Source of the DNA: Candidatus Methylomirabilia bacterium
GTDB taxonomy: Bacteria; Methylomirabilota; Methylomirabilia; Rokubacteriales; CSP1-6
Reading direction: 5' to 3'
DNA length: 64,000 nucleotides
Assembly: GCA_041499965.1 (NCBI GenBank)
Contig: JBGQLG010000006.1
Span: forward strand, 2,947-66,946
Made by a program: the position numbers and the translations under genes. This document shows positions 28,201 through 38,321 of this stretch, piece by piece. Numbering within the stretch: position 1 is the stretch's first letter; the number at the start of each line of letters is the position of its first letter. The notes beneath the pieces were generated by a model. The model did no database searches and had not been told where the DNA came from. It worked only from the letters and a program-made list of their open reading frames with translations.

Positions 28201-29841
28201 GTGACTCGGCGACGCCGGACCGCTGCGCGCCGGGCGCTGTGGATCCTCGCTGCCGCCGCGGCACTCGTCGTCACCGATCTCGGCACCCGCATCCTGGCGA
28301 CCAACGACGAGGCGCGCTTTCCACTGCTCGCGCAAGACATCCTGGCCCGGGGCGACTGGCTCCACCCGATGGTCAACGGCAGCCCGTACTACAACAAGCC
28401 GCCGTTGCAGGCATGGTTGATCGCCGTCGCGTCCTGGCCGACCGGAGGCGTGACCCAGCTCACGGCCGCCTTGCCCTCGGCGGCGGCCGCGATCGCCGCC
28501 GCGCTGCTGGTCTGGCAGCTCGGGCGCACGCTGTTCGGGACGGACGCCGGGCGCGCGGCCGCTCTGGCCCTCATGACCATGCAGGGCGTCTTCCTGCACG
28601 CGCGCTTGCCCATGCCGGACATGCTCCTGACCGCGCTGATCACCGCCAGCCTGTGGCTGTGTACGATCGCGTTCCGGCGCGAGGGCCTGAGGTGGTGGCT
28701 CGTGTTCTATGGGCTTGTGGGTGCGGCGTTCTGGGCCAAGGGCCCGGCCGGCCTCCTGCCATTGGCCGTCGTCGTGGCCGTCGGCGTCCTCCGCTTCGGG
28801 CGGCCATGGTGGCGGCAGATCGCCCTCCTGCCCGGCCTGGCGATCGTGGTGGCCGTGACCGCCCCCTGGTGGGCCCTGGGTGTCGCCTCGGATCGGAGCG
28901 CCTTCGGTCACGCCATCGTGGTCGACCAGATCAGCTGGTACCTGCCGGGGCTGCCGAGCCTCGCCACGGTGGCCGGGCCGTTCCAGAACGTCGTGAGCGT
29001 CATCTTCCCATGGGTGATGATCCTTCCGCTGGTCGTGGCCCAGGCGCTTCGCACCGCGCGTGGACGCGGCAGCGAGCGAGACCACGTCGTGTTCCTCCTC
29101 GTCTGGGCGCTCGTCACCGTGGTCGCGGTCGGTCTGTCGCACGAGCAACGCCTGCGGTACTACCTGCCGCTGGCGCCGCCGACGGCCCTGTTGATCGGCT
29201 GGTGGTATTCCGGGGCCGTCGTGAAGCGACGGATGGAGCAGCCCGTGAACTGGCCGCTGGTGTTCAAGTTCGTTGCCGGGCTCGCCGTCCTGGCCATCGC
29301 GGTGTCGGCAACGAGGCCGCGGTGGCGGCAGGACCTTCGTCTGCTGTTCCCGGGCTCGGTCTGGGAGATGCTCTTCCTGCTCGGAGCCTTCGGTCTCATG
29401 CTGACCGCGCTCATCCTGGGGGTCCGCTTCCGCCGGCTGGCCGCGGGATTTTCGGCGGCCTGGATCACCGCCGCGCTCCTGCTGGTCGGCGGCTATCACT
29501 GGGCGCTGGCACGCCGCAATGCCGCGTACGACTACCCGAGGATCTCGTCGTCGGCCCGGCCGATGCTGAACGACGACGTTCACGAGCTACAGGCCTGGGG
29601 CACGCCGGCCCTCCCGCTGGCCTTCTACCTCGGGAGGTCGGTGACACCGGTCGAGGCCCATCTACCTCTACCGGCGTTGCTGCCCGGCCATGGATCGACG
29701 ATCGCCGTGGCCAGGGCCAGTCTGCTTCAGCTGGATCGATCCGGGGACCTGACCGTCCTGGGCCGCGAGCAGCTCGGCGGGGAGGCCGTGGCCGTGATTC
29801 GACAGGAGCCACGGCCCACCATCGACGTCCGCACGCCGTGA
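28201..29841 (+). CDS. ArnT/PMT_2-like GT-C family glycosyltransferase (polytopic)
   Basis: GTG start. ...NDEARFPLLAQDILARGDWLHPMVNGSPYYNKPPLQAWL... is the conserved first periplasmic loop of the ArnT/GT39/GT83 type. More than 10 TM segments. Confidence 0.8.
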   Translation: MTRRRRTAARRALWILAAAAALVVTDLGTRILATNDEARFPLLAQDILARGDWLHPMVNGSPYYNKPPLQAWLIAVASWPTGGVTQLTAALPSAAAAIAAALLVWQLGRTLFGTDAGRAAALALMTMQGVFLHARLPMPDMLLTALITASLWLCTIAFRREGLRWWLVFYGLVGAAFWAKGPAGLLPLAVVVAVGVLRFGRPWWRQIALLPGLAIVVAVTAPWWALGVASDRSAFGHAIVVDQISWYLPGLPSLATVAGPFQNVVSVIFPWVMILPLVVAQALRTARGRGSERDHVVFLLVWALVTVVAVGLSHEQRLRYYLPLAPPTALLIGWWYSGAVVKRRMEQPVNWPLVFKFVAGLAVLAIAVSATRPRWRQDLRLLFPGSVWEMLFLLGAFGLMLTALILGVRFRRLAAGFSAAWITAALLLVGGYHWALARRNAAYDYPRISSSARPMLNDDVHELQAWGTPALPLAFYLGRSVTPVEAHLPLPALLPGHGSTIAVARASLLQLDRSGDLTVLGREQLGGEAVAVIRQEPRPTIDVRTP

Positions 29842-29862
29842 GTCGTCCTGGCGTCAGAGATC

Positions 29863-30053
29863 CGCGGGCTTCGTAGGGCGCGTCCCCGGGCGCCGGAGCG
29901 ACAGGGTCTCCTGAGGTTCCGTTAGCGTCGATCGTGTATAGCCATATGTAGGACCAGGCTCCGACCGCACCCTCGCGTACCGGGTGGTCTCTCGCGGAAC
30001 CGACGGGGACCCTGTCGCCCCGGCGCCCGGGGACGCGCCCTACGAAGCCCGCG
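29863..30053. repeat. 191-bp element with 46-bp terminal inverted repeats (45/46 match) around a 99-bp centre
   Basis: The reverse complement of the left arm (29863-29908) equals the right arm (30008-30053) except one base (GCTCCGG vs GCCCCGG). Extra inner pairing GGTTCCG/CGGAACC. It lies between convergent stops at 29841 and 30072. Confidence 0.85.
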
Positions 30054-30071
30054 AGTTTCCGACTCGGGGCA

Positions 30072-30728
30072 CTAGCGCGTCGTACGCTGCTGGTGGCCGC
30101 TCGCCAGCGCGGCGACCAGGCCGAGGCCGATATACATGCCTCCGGAGACCCAGCGCTCGCTCGCGAGAAATCGTGGATGGCCGCGCAGCCACCGGGCGGC
30201 GGTTCCCGCGGTGAGCGCGTAGCCGCCGTCGGTGACGAGCCCCAGCGCGACGAAGAGCCCGCCGAGCACGAGGACCTGCCTGCCCACGTGGCCGCGCGCC
30301 ACGTCGACGAACTGCGGCAGGAACGCCAGGAAGAACAGGGCGGTCTTGGGATTGAGCACGTTGACCACCACGCCGTCCAGGAACGCGCGCCGCAGCCGGT
30401 GCGTCCGCCCCGGCCCGGCGCCGGCGGCCGGAGCGCGGTCGAGCATGCGACGGACGCCGAGATAAACCAGGTACGCGGCGCCGAGATACTTCACCGTGCT
30501 GAACGCCGTCGCCGAGGCGGCCAGCAGCGCCGACAGGCCGGCCGCCGCGGCGGCGATGTGGACGAGCGTGCCGGCGTGCACACCGAGCATCGAGACGAGC
30601 CCGGCCCGGCGCCCCTGGTCGATGCTGCGCGCCACGATGTAGAGCACGGCCGGGCCCGGCGTGAGCAGCAGGACCAGCGCGGTCAAGAGGAAGACGCCGA
30701 GGCCGGCTGGATCGGTCAGGGGGATCAT
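30072..30728 (-). CDS. LysE/RhtB family amino-acid exporter
   Basis: 218 aa, 6 TM. ...LLLTPGPAVLYIVARS... is the LysE-family N-terminal motif. Confidence 0.85.
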   Translation of the reverse strand: MIPLTDPAGLGVFLLTALVLLLTPGPAVLYIVARSIDQGRRAGLVSMLGVHAGTLVHIAAAAAGLSALLAASATAFSTVKYLGAAYLVYLGVRRMLDRAPAAGAGPGRTHRLRRAFLDGVVVNVLNPKTALFFLAFLPQFVDVARGHVGRQVLVLGGLFVALGLVTDGGYALTAGTAARWLRGHPRFLASERWVSGGMYIGLGLVAALASGHQQRTTR

Positions 30729-30741
30729 CGCGCTCCTCCGC

Positions 30742-32055
<1,314 letters not shown>

Positions 32056-32064
32056 AGGGTCGAG

Positions 32065-32093
32065 ATGCTGGCCGCCCTCGGCGCGTTTGTCAA
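32065..32093 (-). promoter_or_regulatory. possible sigma-70-type promoter for the aminotransferase gene
   Basis: On the minus strand, TTGACA (32093-32088), a 17-nt spacer, then CAGCAT (32070-65). The -10 is weak and would give an almost leaderless mRNA. Confidence 0.2.
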
Positions 32094-32109
32094 CCCGAGG
32101 CCGTATTGC

Positions 32110-32138
32110 TTGGAGGGCCGGGCGCCGCCCCGTAGAAT
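32110..32138 (+). promoter_or_regulatory. possible sigma-70-type promoter for the 810-aa membrane/TPR gene
   Basis: TTGGAG (32110-15), a 17-nt spacer, then TAGAAT (32133-38), about 22 nt upstream of the TTG start at 32160. Confidence 0.3.
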
Positions 32139-32159
32139 CGAGTCTCGGACAACCTCCTG

Positions 32160-34592
32160 TTGAGCGATATCACCCAGCCGTCGCCGCCCTGGCTCCGATG
32201 GCTTGCCCCCGCCATCCCGGTGGCGGCGGCGTTCGCGCTGGCGCTGACCCGCATCGACGATCCCGACGCGTTCACTCACCTGGCCCTGGGACGCAACCTG
32301 GTCGAGCACCACGGCCTTCCCGCCCACGAGCCGTTCTCGTTCCCGAGCCTGGACCAGCCCTACTACAACTCCGAGTGGCTGTTCGACGTCGTGCTCTACG
32401 CCGCCTATCTGGTCGGCGGCACCGCGGGCGTCGTCGTCCTCAAGGCGGCGATCGTGGCCCTGACCGTCGCGATCCTGTGGGTCGACTCGCGCGCGTGGCG
32501 CGAGCCCGCGTCGGCCCAGCCGGCCGGGCTCGCGATCCGCTCGGCGGTGCTGACCGCCACGGTGCTGATGATCAGCCATCGGTTCGTCGAGCGCCCCGAC
32601 ATCGCCCTGATGGTCTTCCTGGCCTTCACGATCTACGCGCTGAACGCCTACCTCGAGACGGGCCGGCGCCTGATCCTCCTGTTGCCGCTGGTCCAGGTCC
32701 TGTGGGCCAACATGCACCCCAGCGTGGTGGTCGGCCTGGTGCCGTTCGTCGCCGTGCTCGGCGGCGGCGTGGCCCTGCGCGTGGGCAGGCGTCTGATCGA
32801 GCGCTGGTGGCGGGCGCCGGCGGTGAGCATGCCCCCGTGGCGCCAGCTCGGCACCGTCGCGGTCGTGCTGCTCGGCGTCCTCGTCGCGTCGGTCGTGAAC
32901 CCCTATCGCTTCGACGCGCTGATGTTGCCCTTCACGCTGGCCGACATGCCGTGGTTCCGGCAGGAGATCCTGGAGCTGCAGCCGCCGCAGCCGGCGGCGT
33001 GGCCCGGCCCCTACGTGATGACCGCGCTGTTGCTCGTGAGCCTGCTGCGCCTGGTCGCCCGGCTTCCGGTCATCCCGGGGTTGCTGGCGCTGCCGTTCGT
33101 GCGTCTCGGTCTGTCGGCGGTCCGTTTCGTCTTCCTGCTGGAGCTGGTCGCCGCCCCGATCCTGGCGCGCAACCTGGTCGCCATCACCGCCGTCGATCGC
33201 CGACCGCGCGCGCGCCGTCTCCTGCTGAGCGGCGCGATCGCCGCGGTCGGCCTTGCCGTCGTCGCGGTCGTGGCCAGCGGAGCCGGGATCGGCCCACTGG
33301 CCGACCCGCGCAAGGCACCCGGCTTCGGCGTCAACGAGCGATGGGTGCCCGAGGGCGCGCTACGCTATCTCGACGCGCGCGGCCTGCAGGGCCGCCTGTT
33401 CAATGCGTTCCACTTCGGCGGCTACATCACCTGGCGTGATTTCCCGCGGCGCGTGCCCATCGTCGACGGCCGCGGGCAAGTCACGCCCAGCGTGCTGGAA
33501 GCAATCCACTTCGCCCGTGCCTATCCGCGTCACCTCCAGGAGCTGCAGGCGCGCTTCGGCTTCGAGGTGGCCGTGATGGACTACCCGACGTACTCGGGTG
33601 ACTCCGTTGCCGAGGTGCTGGGCCCCGACGCCGACGCGGCGCTGGCCTCGCCCCAGTGGGCGCTGGTGTACTGGGACGACGTCGCGCTGGTGTACCTGCG
33701 GCGCGGTGGCCGGCACGCCGCCCTGATCGCGCGCGACGAGTACCGGCTGGTCAAGCCGGCCAATGGCGCCGCCGGCATCGCGCGGCTGCTGGCCGACCCT
33801 ACCCGGGCCGAGGCGGCGCGGGCCGAGCTGGCCCGTCACGTCGCCGAGACGCGATCCTCCCTCGGCTTCCTGCTGCAGGGCTACGCCGCCGTCGATCCCG
33901 ACCAGGCCATCGCCGCGTTCGCGCGGGTGCAGGACCCCGCGCGTCGCTTCGAGGCCGACCAGGCGACCGCGGCCGCCTACTGGCGCCGGAAGGACTTCGC
34001 GCGGGCCACGGAGTACTACGACCGGGCGATCGCGCGCGAGCCGGCCGCCGCGGTCCTCTACAACGCGGGCCTGGTCCGCTCCGAGGCCGGCGACGATCGC
34101 GGGGCCGTTCGCTATCTCACGCGCGCCCAGAGCGCCGACCCGAACCTGACGCCGGTGTACGCCGCGCTGGTCGCTGTCTATCGCCGGCTGGGCGACGAGA
34201 CCTCCGCGCGCGACCTCGGCGCGGCCTTCCTGCAGGCCGCCACGCGGGCCCGGGTGGCGGATCAGGAGCAGGCGGCCCGCCGGCTGCTCGCCGAGGGGCG
34301 CGTGGCCGAGGCCGGCGAGCAGCTGACGGAGGCGCTGAAGCTGGATCCCCGGAGCGTGGCGGTGCTGACGACGCTGGGCTACGTGCGCCTGGCCGAGCGG
34401 CGGCTCGACGAAGCCTCCCAGGCCGAAGAGGAGGCGCTGGCGATCGATCCCGGCCAGGCGCGCGCCCACTGGGGGCTGGCCCAGATCGCCCGGGCCCGCG
34501 GCGACGAGCCGACCGCCCGCCGGCACCTGCAGGCCTTCGCGCGGCTGTCGCCGCGCAGCTACGAGGCCTGGCAGATCCGCGAGGCGCGCTAG
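32160..34592 (+). CDS. large polytopic membrane protein with C-terminal TPR repeats (putative GT-C-like glycosyltransferase)
   Basis: 810 aa with strong coding bias. The N-terminal ~430 aa hold many TM segments with an acidic first loop (RIDDPDAFTH...). The C-terminal ~300 aa are TPR-like (AxxYxxxG repeats). The TTG start is uncertain. Confidence 0.7.
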   Translation: MSDITQPSPPWLRWLAPAIPVAAAFALALTRIDDPDAFTHLALGRNLVEHHGLPAHEPFSFPSLDQPYYNSEWLFDVVLYAAYLVGGTAGVVVLKAAIVALTVAILWVDSRAWREPASAQPAGLAIRSAVLTATVLMISHRFVERPDIALMVFLAFTIYALNAYLETGRRLILLLPLVQVLWANMHPSVVVGLVPFVAVLGGGVALRVGRRLIERWWRAPAVSMPPWRQLGTVAVVLLGVLVASVVNPYRFDALMLPFTLADMPWFRQEILELQPPQPAAWPGPYVMTALLLVSLLRLVARLPVIPGLLALPFVRLGLSAVRFVFLLELVAAPILARNLVAITAVDRRPRARRLLLSGAIAAVGLAVVAVVASGAGIGPLADPRKAPGFGVNERWVPEGALRYLDARGLQGRLFNAFHFGGYITWRDFPRRVPIVDGRGQVTPSVLEAIHFARAYPRHLQELQARFGFEVAVMDYPTYSGDSVAEVLGPDADAALASPQWALVYWDDVALVYLRRGGRHAALIARDEYRLVKPANGAAGIARLLADPTRAEAARAELARHVAETRSSLGFLLQGYAAVDPDQAIAAFARVQDPARRFEADQATAAAYWRRKDFARATEYYDRAIAREPAAAVLYNAGLVRSEAGDDRGAVRYLTRAQSADPNLTPVYAALVAVYRRLGDETSARDLGAAFLQAATRARVADQEQAARRLLAEGRVAEAGEQLTEALKLDPRSVAVLTTLGYVRLAERRLDEASQAEEEALAIDPGQARAHWGLAQIARARGDEPTARRHLQAFARLSPRSYEAWQIREAR

Positions 34593-34738
34593 CCGGCTGC
34601 TGAAAAAGGCCCATCTGCTTCGTTGGCGCCCTCGGCCGCACGCTCAACGTACAGGGAGTACGCCTCGCGTGCGGCTGTCGGGCGCCGCCTCGCATCTGGG
34701 CCTTTTGGGCAGCCGGCGGGTTTTTCAGCAACCGCTAA
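34589..34738. repeat. ~145-nt hairpin element, copy C, flanked by CTAG...CTAA (MITE-like)
   Basis: A near-identical copy of 15427-15570. It lies exactly between the TAG stop of the 810-aa gene (34590-92) and the TAA stop of the DUF2304-like gene (34739-41). Confidence 0.8.
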
Positions 34739-35095
34739 TTAGCTCCGGGGCTCGTCCACGCGCGAGGACAGCAGGGCCAGCTCCTGGGCGAGGTTCTTCA
34801 CCTGCGTGCTGAGGCGCGAGATGATCACCGAGTAGTGCACGGCGATCGCGAACAGGAAGAGGACGGCGCACAGCAGGAGCGTGTTGAGCGGGGTGACGGC
34901 GCCCACGATGTGGGTGATCACGATCAGCAGCCGGTACCAGACGGCCAGCAGGACCATGGCGCCCGCCGTGAGCAGCCACAGCCACGAGTACTCCTCGAGC
35001 AGGCGGCGGCGGCGGACCAGCTCCAGGACGAACAGGAAGGCGACCAGCGAGATCACCAGCGCGAACATCGTCTGATGCAGCGTCAGCTCGGCCAT
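34739..35095 (-). CDS. small 4-TM membrane protein (DUF2304-like GT2 partner)
   Basis: 118 aa, hydrophobic, with a C-terminal amphipathic tail. It lies 1 nt downstream of a GT2 gene, the usual DUF2304 context. Confidence 0.6.
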   Translation of the reverse strand: MAELTLHQTMFALVISLVAFLFVLELVRRRRLLEEYSWLWLLTAGAMVLLAVWYRLLIVITHIVGAVTPLNTLLLCAVLFLFAIAVHYSVIISRLSTQVKNLAQELALLSSRVDEPRS

Positions 35096-35096
35096 C

Positions 35097-35819
35097 TCAA
35101 GCTCCCTTGCGCTGGGCGGGCTCGCGTCTCAGCGGCGCCAGCGCCACCGACAGCAGCATTTTGAACACGTAGTAGACCGGACGCAGGCCCGCGTGCATCG
35201 AGAGCCCTCCGGTGCGCGGATACATCCGCACCGGCACCTCGCGCAGCCGGAAGCCCGCCCGGCGCAGCGTGATCAGCACGTCGGCGTCGGCGTAGTCGGT
35301 CGGGTACCACTCGGTGGCGACGAAGCGGACGACGTCGCCGCCGAGCGCCCGGAATCCCGAGGTCACGTCGGAGAACCGCATCCCCGTGAGCAGCCAGGCG
35401 AGCCAGCGGAACAAGCCCATGCCGGCCCGGCGCAGCAGTCCGGGCCGGTAGGTGTTGGCGCCGTCGAGGAAGCGCGAGCCGATGGCGACGTCGGCCTCGT
35501 CGTGCGCGATGACCGCGAGCAGCGCCGGGATGTCGGCCGGCTCGTGCTGGCCGTCGGCGTCGAGCTGCACGACGCAGTCGTAGCCCTCGCGCACCGCCAG
35601 CTTGTAGCCGGTCTGGGCGGCCACGCCGGCGCCGAGGTTGAAGGGCAGGCGGACGACCCGGGCGCCGGCGGCCCGGGCGACGGCGGCGGTGTCGTCGGCG
35701 GAGCCGTCGTCCACGACCAGCAGGATGGCGTCGGGGACGGCGGCGCGCACCCCGGCCAGCACGCGGCCGATGCGCGCGGCCTCGTTGAACGCCGGCACCA
35801 GGACGAGCGGCGGCTTCAC
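35097..35819 (-). CDS. family 2 glycosyltransferase (DPM1/GtrB-like polyprenol-phosphate sugar synthase type)
   Basis: GTG start. ...LVLVPAFNEAARIGRVL...LLVVDDGSADDT...VQLDADGQHEP... is the GT-A DxD architecture. Confidence 0.85.
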   Translation of the reverse strand: MKPPLVLVPAFNEAARIGRVLAGVRAAVPDAILLVVDDGSADDTAAVARAAGARVVRLPFNLGAGVAAQTGYKLAVREGYDCVVQLDADGQHEPADIPALLAVIAHDEADVAIGSRFLDGANTYRPGLLRRAGMGLFRWLAWLLTGMRFSDVTSGFRALGGDVVRFVATEWYPTDYADADVLITLRRAGFRLREVPVRMYPRTGGLSMHAGLRPVYYVFKMLLSVALAPLRREPAQRKGA

Positions 35820-36349
35820 GCGAGAAAGACCGCCATGATCAGCACGTCGACGAGCTCGGCCTCGCGCGGGAGCTGGCGCCGCAGCGTCCCCTCCGTCTGG
35901 AATCCGGCCCGGCGGTAGAGCGCGATGGCCCGCGGGTTGTCACCGGCCACCTCCAGGAGGACCTTGCGCAGACCCAGCCGGACGGCCCGTCGCAGCATCG
36001 ACCTCAGTATTTCGTAGCCGATGCCCCGCCCCCAGCAGTCCTTCTCGCCGATCACGACACCGAAGTAGGCGGTGCCGCTCCGGCGGTCGATGCGGGTGAG
36101 CGTCGTGAGACCGACGAGACGTTTCGACGCCTTCAGCTCGACCGCCAGCGTGAGGCGGCTCGAGTCGACGCCGTCGGAGACGGCGCGCAGCCAGCGCACG
36201 GCGTCACGCCGTTCGAACGGCGCGTCACCCCACAGCGCGCCTCGCCGGAGCTCCTCGTCGCGTCGCCAGACGATGACACGGGGCAGATCGGTCCGGCGGA
36301 ACGGCCGCAGCCGGATCTGCTCACCGGCGGTCTCCCGGGGGGCGATCAC
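35816..36349 (-). CDS. GNAT family N-acetyltransferase
   Basis: 177 aa. IRLRPFRRTDLPRV... plus ...GRGIGYEILRSMLRRAV... is the acetyl-CoA binding motif Q/RxxGxG. GTGA overlaps at both ends. Confidence 0.7.
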   Translation of the reverse strand: MIAPRETAGEQIRLRPFRRTDLPRVIVWRRDEELRRGALWGDAPFERRDAVRWLRAVSDGVDSSRLTLAVELKASKRLVGLTTLTRIDRRSGTAYFGVVIGEKDCWGRGIGYEILRSMLRRAVRLGLRKVLLEVAGDNPRAIALYRRAGFQTEGTLRRQLPREAELVDVLIMAVFLA

Positions 36350-37182
36350 GATCGGGGCGATTCAGCCCGAGCCGTGTCGCGCACCGCGGCGGCCGGGGGC
36401 TCGACGATGTCGTCGCGGCGCCGCAGCCAGCCGCCGCCCCAGTGGGTCACCTCGACGGGAGCCGACCGCTCGTCGAAGAGCGGCGTCGGTGCCCCGAGCT
36501 CGAACTCGGGGTGTCGGGCGGCGAATGCCTCGGCGGCGCTGGCCGGGTTGTCGGTGCGCCACTGCGGCGAGCCCCGGGGGGTGTCGTGCAGATCGCGCAT
36601 GATGCCGTCGGTGGCCACGATGTAGGACCCCGGCGTCACCAGGTCATGATAGGCCTCGAGCTCGCGGGTCACGTGAGCCCGGCTGTGGTCGGAGTCCAGC
36701 AGCACCAGGACGCGCTCGCCGGGCTGCACCAGCGCGCGCACGCGCCCGACCACGGCGGGGCTCGTCGAGTCGCCCTCCACCAGCGCCACCAGGGACCCGA
36801 GCGGGTGGCCCTCGATCGCGGCTCGGTTGGCCGGGCGGATCTCCACGTCGATGCCCACGACGCGGCCCCGACCCAACGCCTTGCAGAGGCTCGCGTAGAG
36901 AATGAGCGAGCCGCCGTGGGCGATGCCGGTCTCCACGATCACGTCCGGCTGGAGCCGATGGATGACCTCTTGGACACGGACGATGTCCGACGGCAGCTGG
37001 ATGATCGGGCGGCCGAACCAGGAGAATCCATACGAGTGCTTCTGATTCCAGCCGACCTTCGTCCAGAGTGCCGAGAGGATCTCGAACGCCGCGTCCGAGT
37101 AGAGCGGCAGGCTCGAGCCACCCGGCCCCTCCACGGTCAGACGCGCGGTGTCGGTGTCGATGACGATTTTCATCGCGGTCAC
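36346..37182 (-). CDS. CmcI (cephalosporin hydroxylase)-family SAM-dependent methyltransferase
   Basis: ...GRPIIQLPSDIVRVQEVIHRLQPDVIVETGIAHGGSL...VLVLLDSDHS... is the CmcI-family pattern seen in sugar O-methyltransferases. The start is GTG 37182 or ATG 37173. Confidence 0.7.
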   Translation of the reverse strand: MTAMKIVIDTDTARLTVEGPGGSSLPLYSDAAFEILSALWTKVGWNQKHSYGFSWFGRPIIQLPSDIVRVQEVIHRLQPDVIVETGIAHGGSLILYASLCKALGRGRVVGIDVEIRPANRAAIEGHPLGSLVALVEGDSTSPAVVGRVRALVQPGERVLVLLDSDHSRAHVTRELEAYHDLVTPGSYIVATDGIMRDLHDTPRGSPQWRTDNPASAAEAFAARHPEFELGAPTPLFDERSAPVEVTHWGGGWLRRRDDIVEPPAAAVRDTARAESPRS

Positions 37183-38321
37183 AGTGTCATGATGCGGCCG
37201 TTGAAGCCACGGACATGGAGATCGGCACGAATCTCACCTGCGTAGTTGGGGTTGACGATCACGATGACGCCCACCTCGCAGACGACGGCGGCGTCGGGCG
37301 CCACGATGGGGGCGGCCAGACCGGGGATGTAGCCGCCTTGCTTCGCCGGATTGGTGTCGATCAGACAACGGGGGGGAGCGGCCATCCGGTGCGCGAGCGT
37401 GACGCCCTTGGCGCCCGCCCCCCAGATGGCCCAGCCACGAGTCGCGTCCACGGTCGCCAGATCTTGCTGGAGACCGAGCCGGCGTCGCTCCATCGTCGTG
37501 GCGGCGGCGGCGAGATCCACGGCCGCGACGGTCGGGACGTCGCCCGCCGGCGGGCGGGTCGTTCGGCGGAGCCATAGGACCTGATACTGCGCGTCGAACC
37601 CGTCGTCGTGAGCGAGGACGTCGAAGCCGGCCTGGAGGCACAGCCACGCCAGCGTCGGCCGGGGAAAGTAGTTGCAATGCTCGTAGAAGAGATCCCAGAA
37701 GCAGGCGTGATCGCAGATCCACTCGAGCGCCGGGGTCTCCAGCATGACGAGCGGATCGCCGGCGGCGTCGGCGATCGCCGCCAGCTCGCGGAGGAAGCTC
37801 CGGACGTCGGGCACGTGCTCGATGACGTGACGGCAGACGACCGCGTCGTAGCGTTGGCCGACGTCGACGGCGGTGAGCCGCGCCGGCACGAAGCGCAGCC
37901 GAGGGTCGCGGGGATCGCCGTGGTCTTCCCACGTCGTATCGTAGCCGACACCGGTGTTGTGGCCACGCTCGGCGAGCAGGGTCAGGAACGCGCCCTTGCC
38001 GCAGCCGAGCTCGAGCACCCGCTTGCCCCGGATGTCGTGCCGCTCGACGAGCGCGTCGGCGAGGGTCTCGAGGTACCGACGGAACGCCGGGGAGTGCGAC
38101 TGGCTGTTCTCGTAGCGCGCGTCGTAGGGCAGCAGCGCGGCGCGGAACGCGGCGTTGGAGACGAGGCCGCAGCGGCGGCACTGCACGAGGTCGAGGTCGC
38201 CCCGCGGCACGGCCCGCGCACTCGAGGGATCGGTGTAGCGGTAGTTGAGCACCACGGGTTGATCTCCGATCCGCATGGCCGTGACGGCGTCGGCCCCGCA
38301 GCCGGGACAGGCGGCGGTCAT
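37179..38321 (-). CDS. SAM-dependent C-methyltransferase-like protein (N-terminal Cys4 ribbon + class I MT + C-terminal C-methyltransferase domain), paralogue 1
   Basis: ATG 38321 makes an ATGA overlap with the upstream stop. CPGCG...CRRCG, VLELGCGKGAF, and the same three-part layout as the TylCIII-like gene at 42417-43676. Confidence 0.7.
   Translation of the reverse strand: MTAACPGCGADAVTAMRIGDQPVVLNYRYTDPSSARAVPRGDLDLVQCRRCGLVSNAAFRAALLPYDARYENSQSHSPAFRRYLETLADALVERHDIRGKRVLELGCGKGAFLTLLAERGHNTGVGYDTTWEDHGDPRDPRLRFVPARLTAVDVGQRYDAVVCRHVIEHVPDVRSFLRELAAIADAAGDPLVMLETPALEWICDHACFWDLFYEHCNYFPRPTLAWLCLQAGFDVLAHDDGFDAQYQVLWLRRTTRPPAGDVPTVAAVDLAAAATTMERRRLGLQQDLATVDATRGWAIWGAGAKGVTLAHRMAAPPRCLIDTNPAKQGGYIPGLAAPIVAPDAAVVCEVGVIVIVNPNYAGEIRADLHVRGFNGRIMTL

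Noticed and set aside
28084-29876. 499-aa antisense ORF (28084..29583) and 559-aa alternate-frame ORF (28197..29876) over the ArnT-like gene.
   Set aside because: Only the 28201..29841 frame gives a hydrophobic polytopic protein with the conserved ArnT/PMT first-loop motif. The others are Arg/Pro/Gly-rich.
29984-30214. 76-aa ORF starting inside the 46-bp-arm element.
   Set aside because: It runs across the right inverted arm and antisense into the LysE gene. It has no start context and a low-complexity product.
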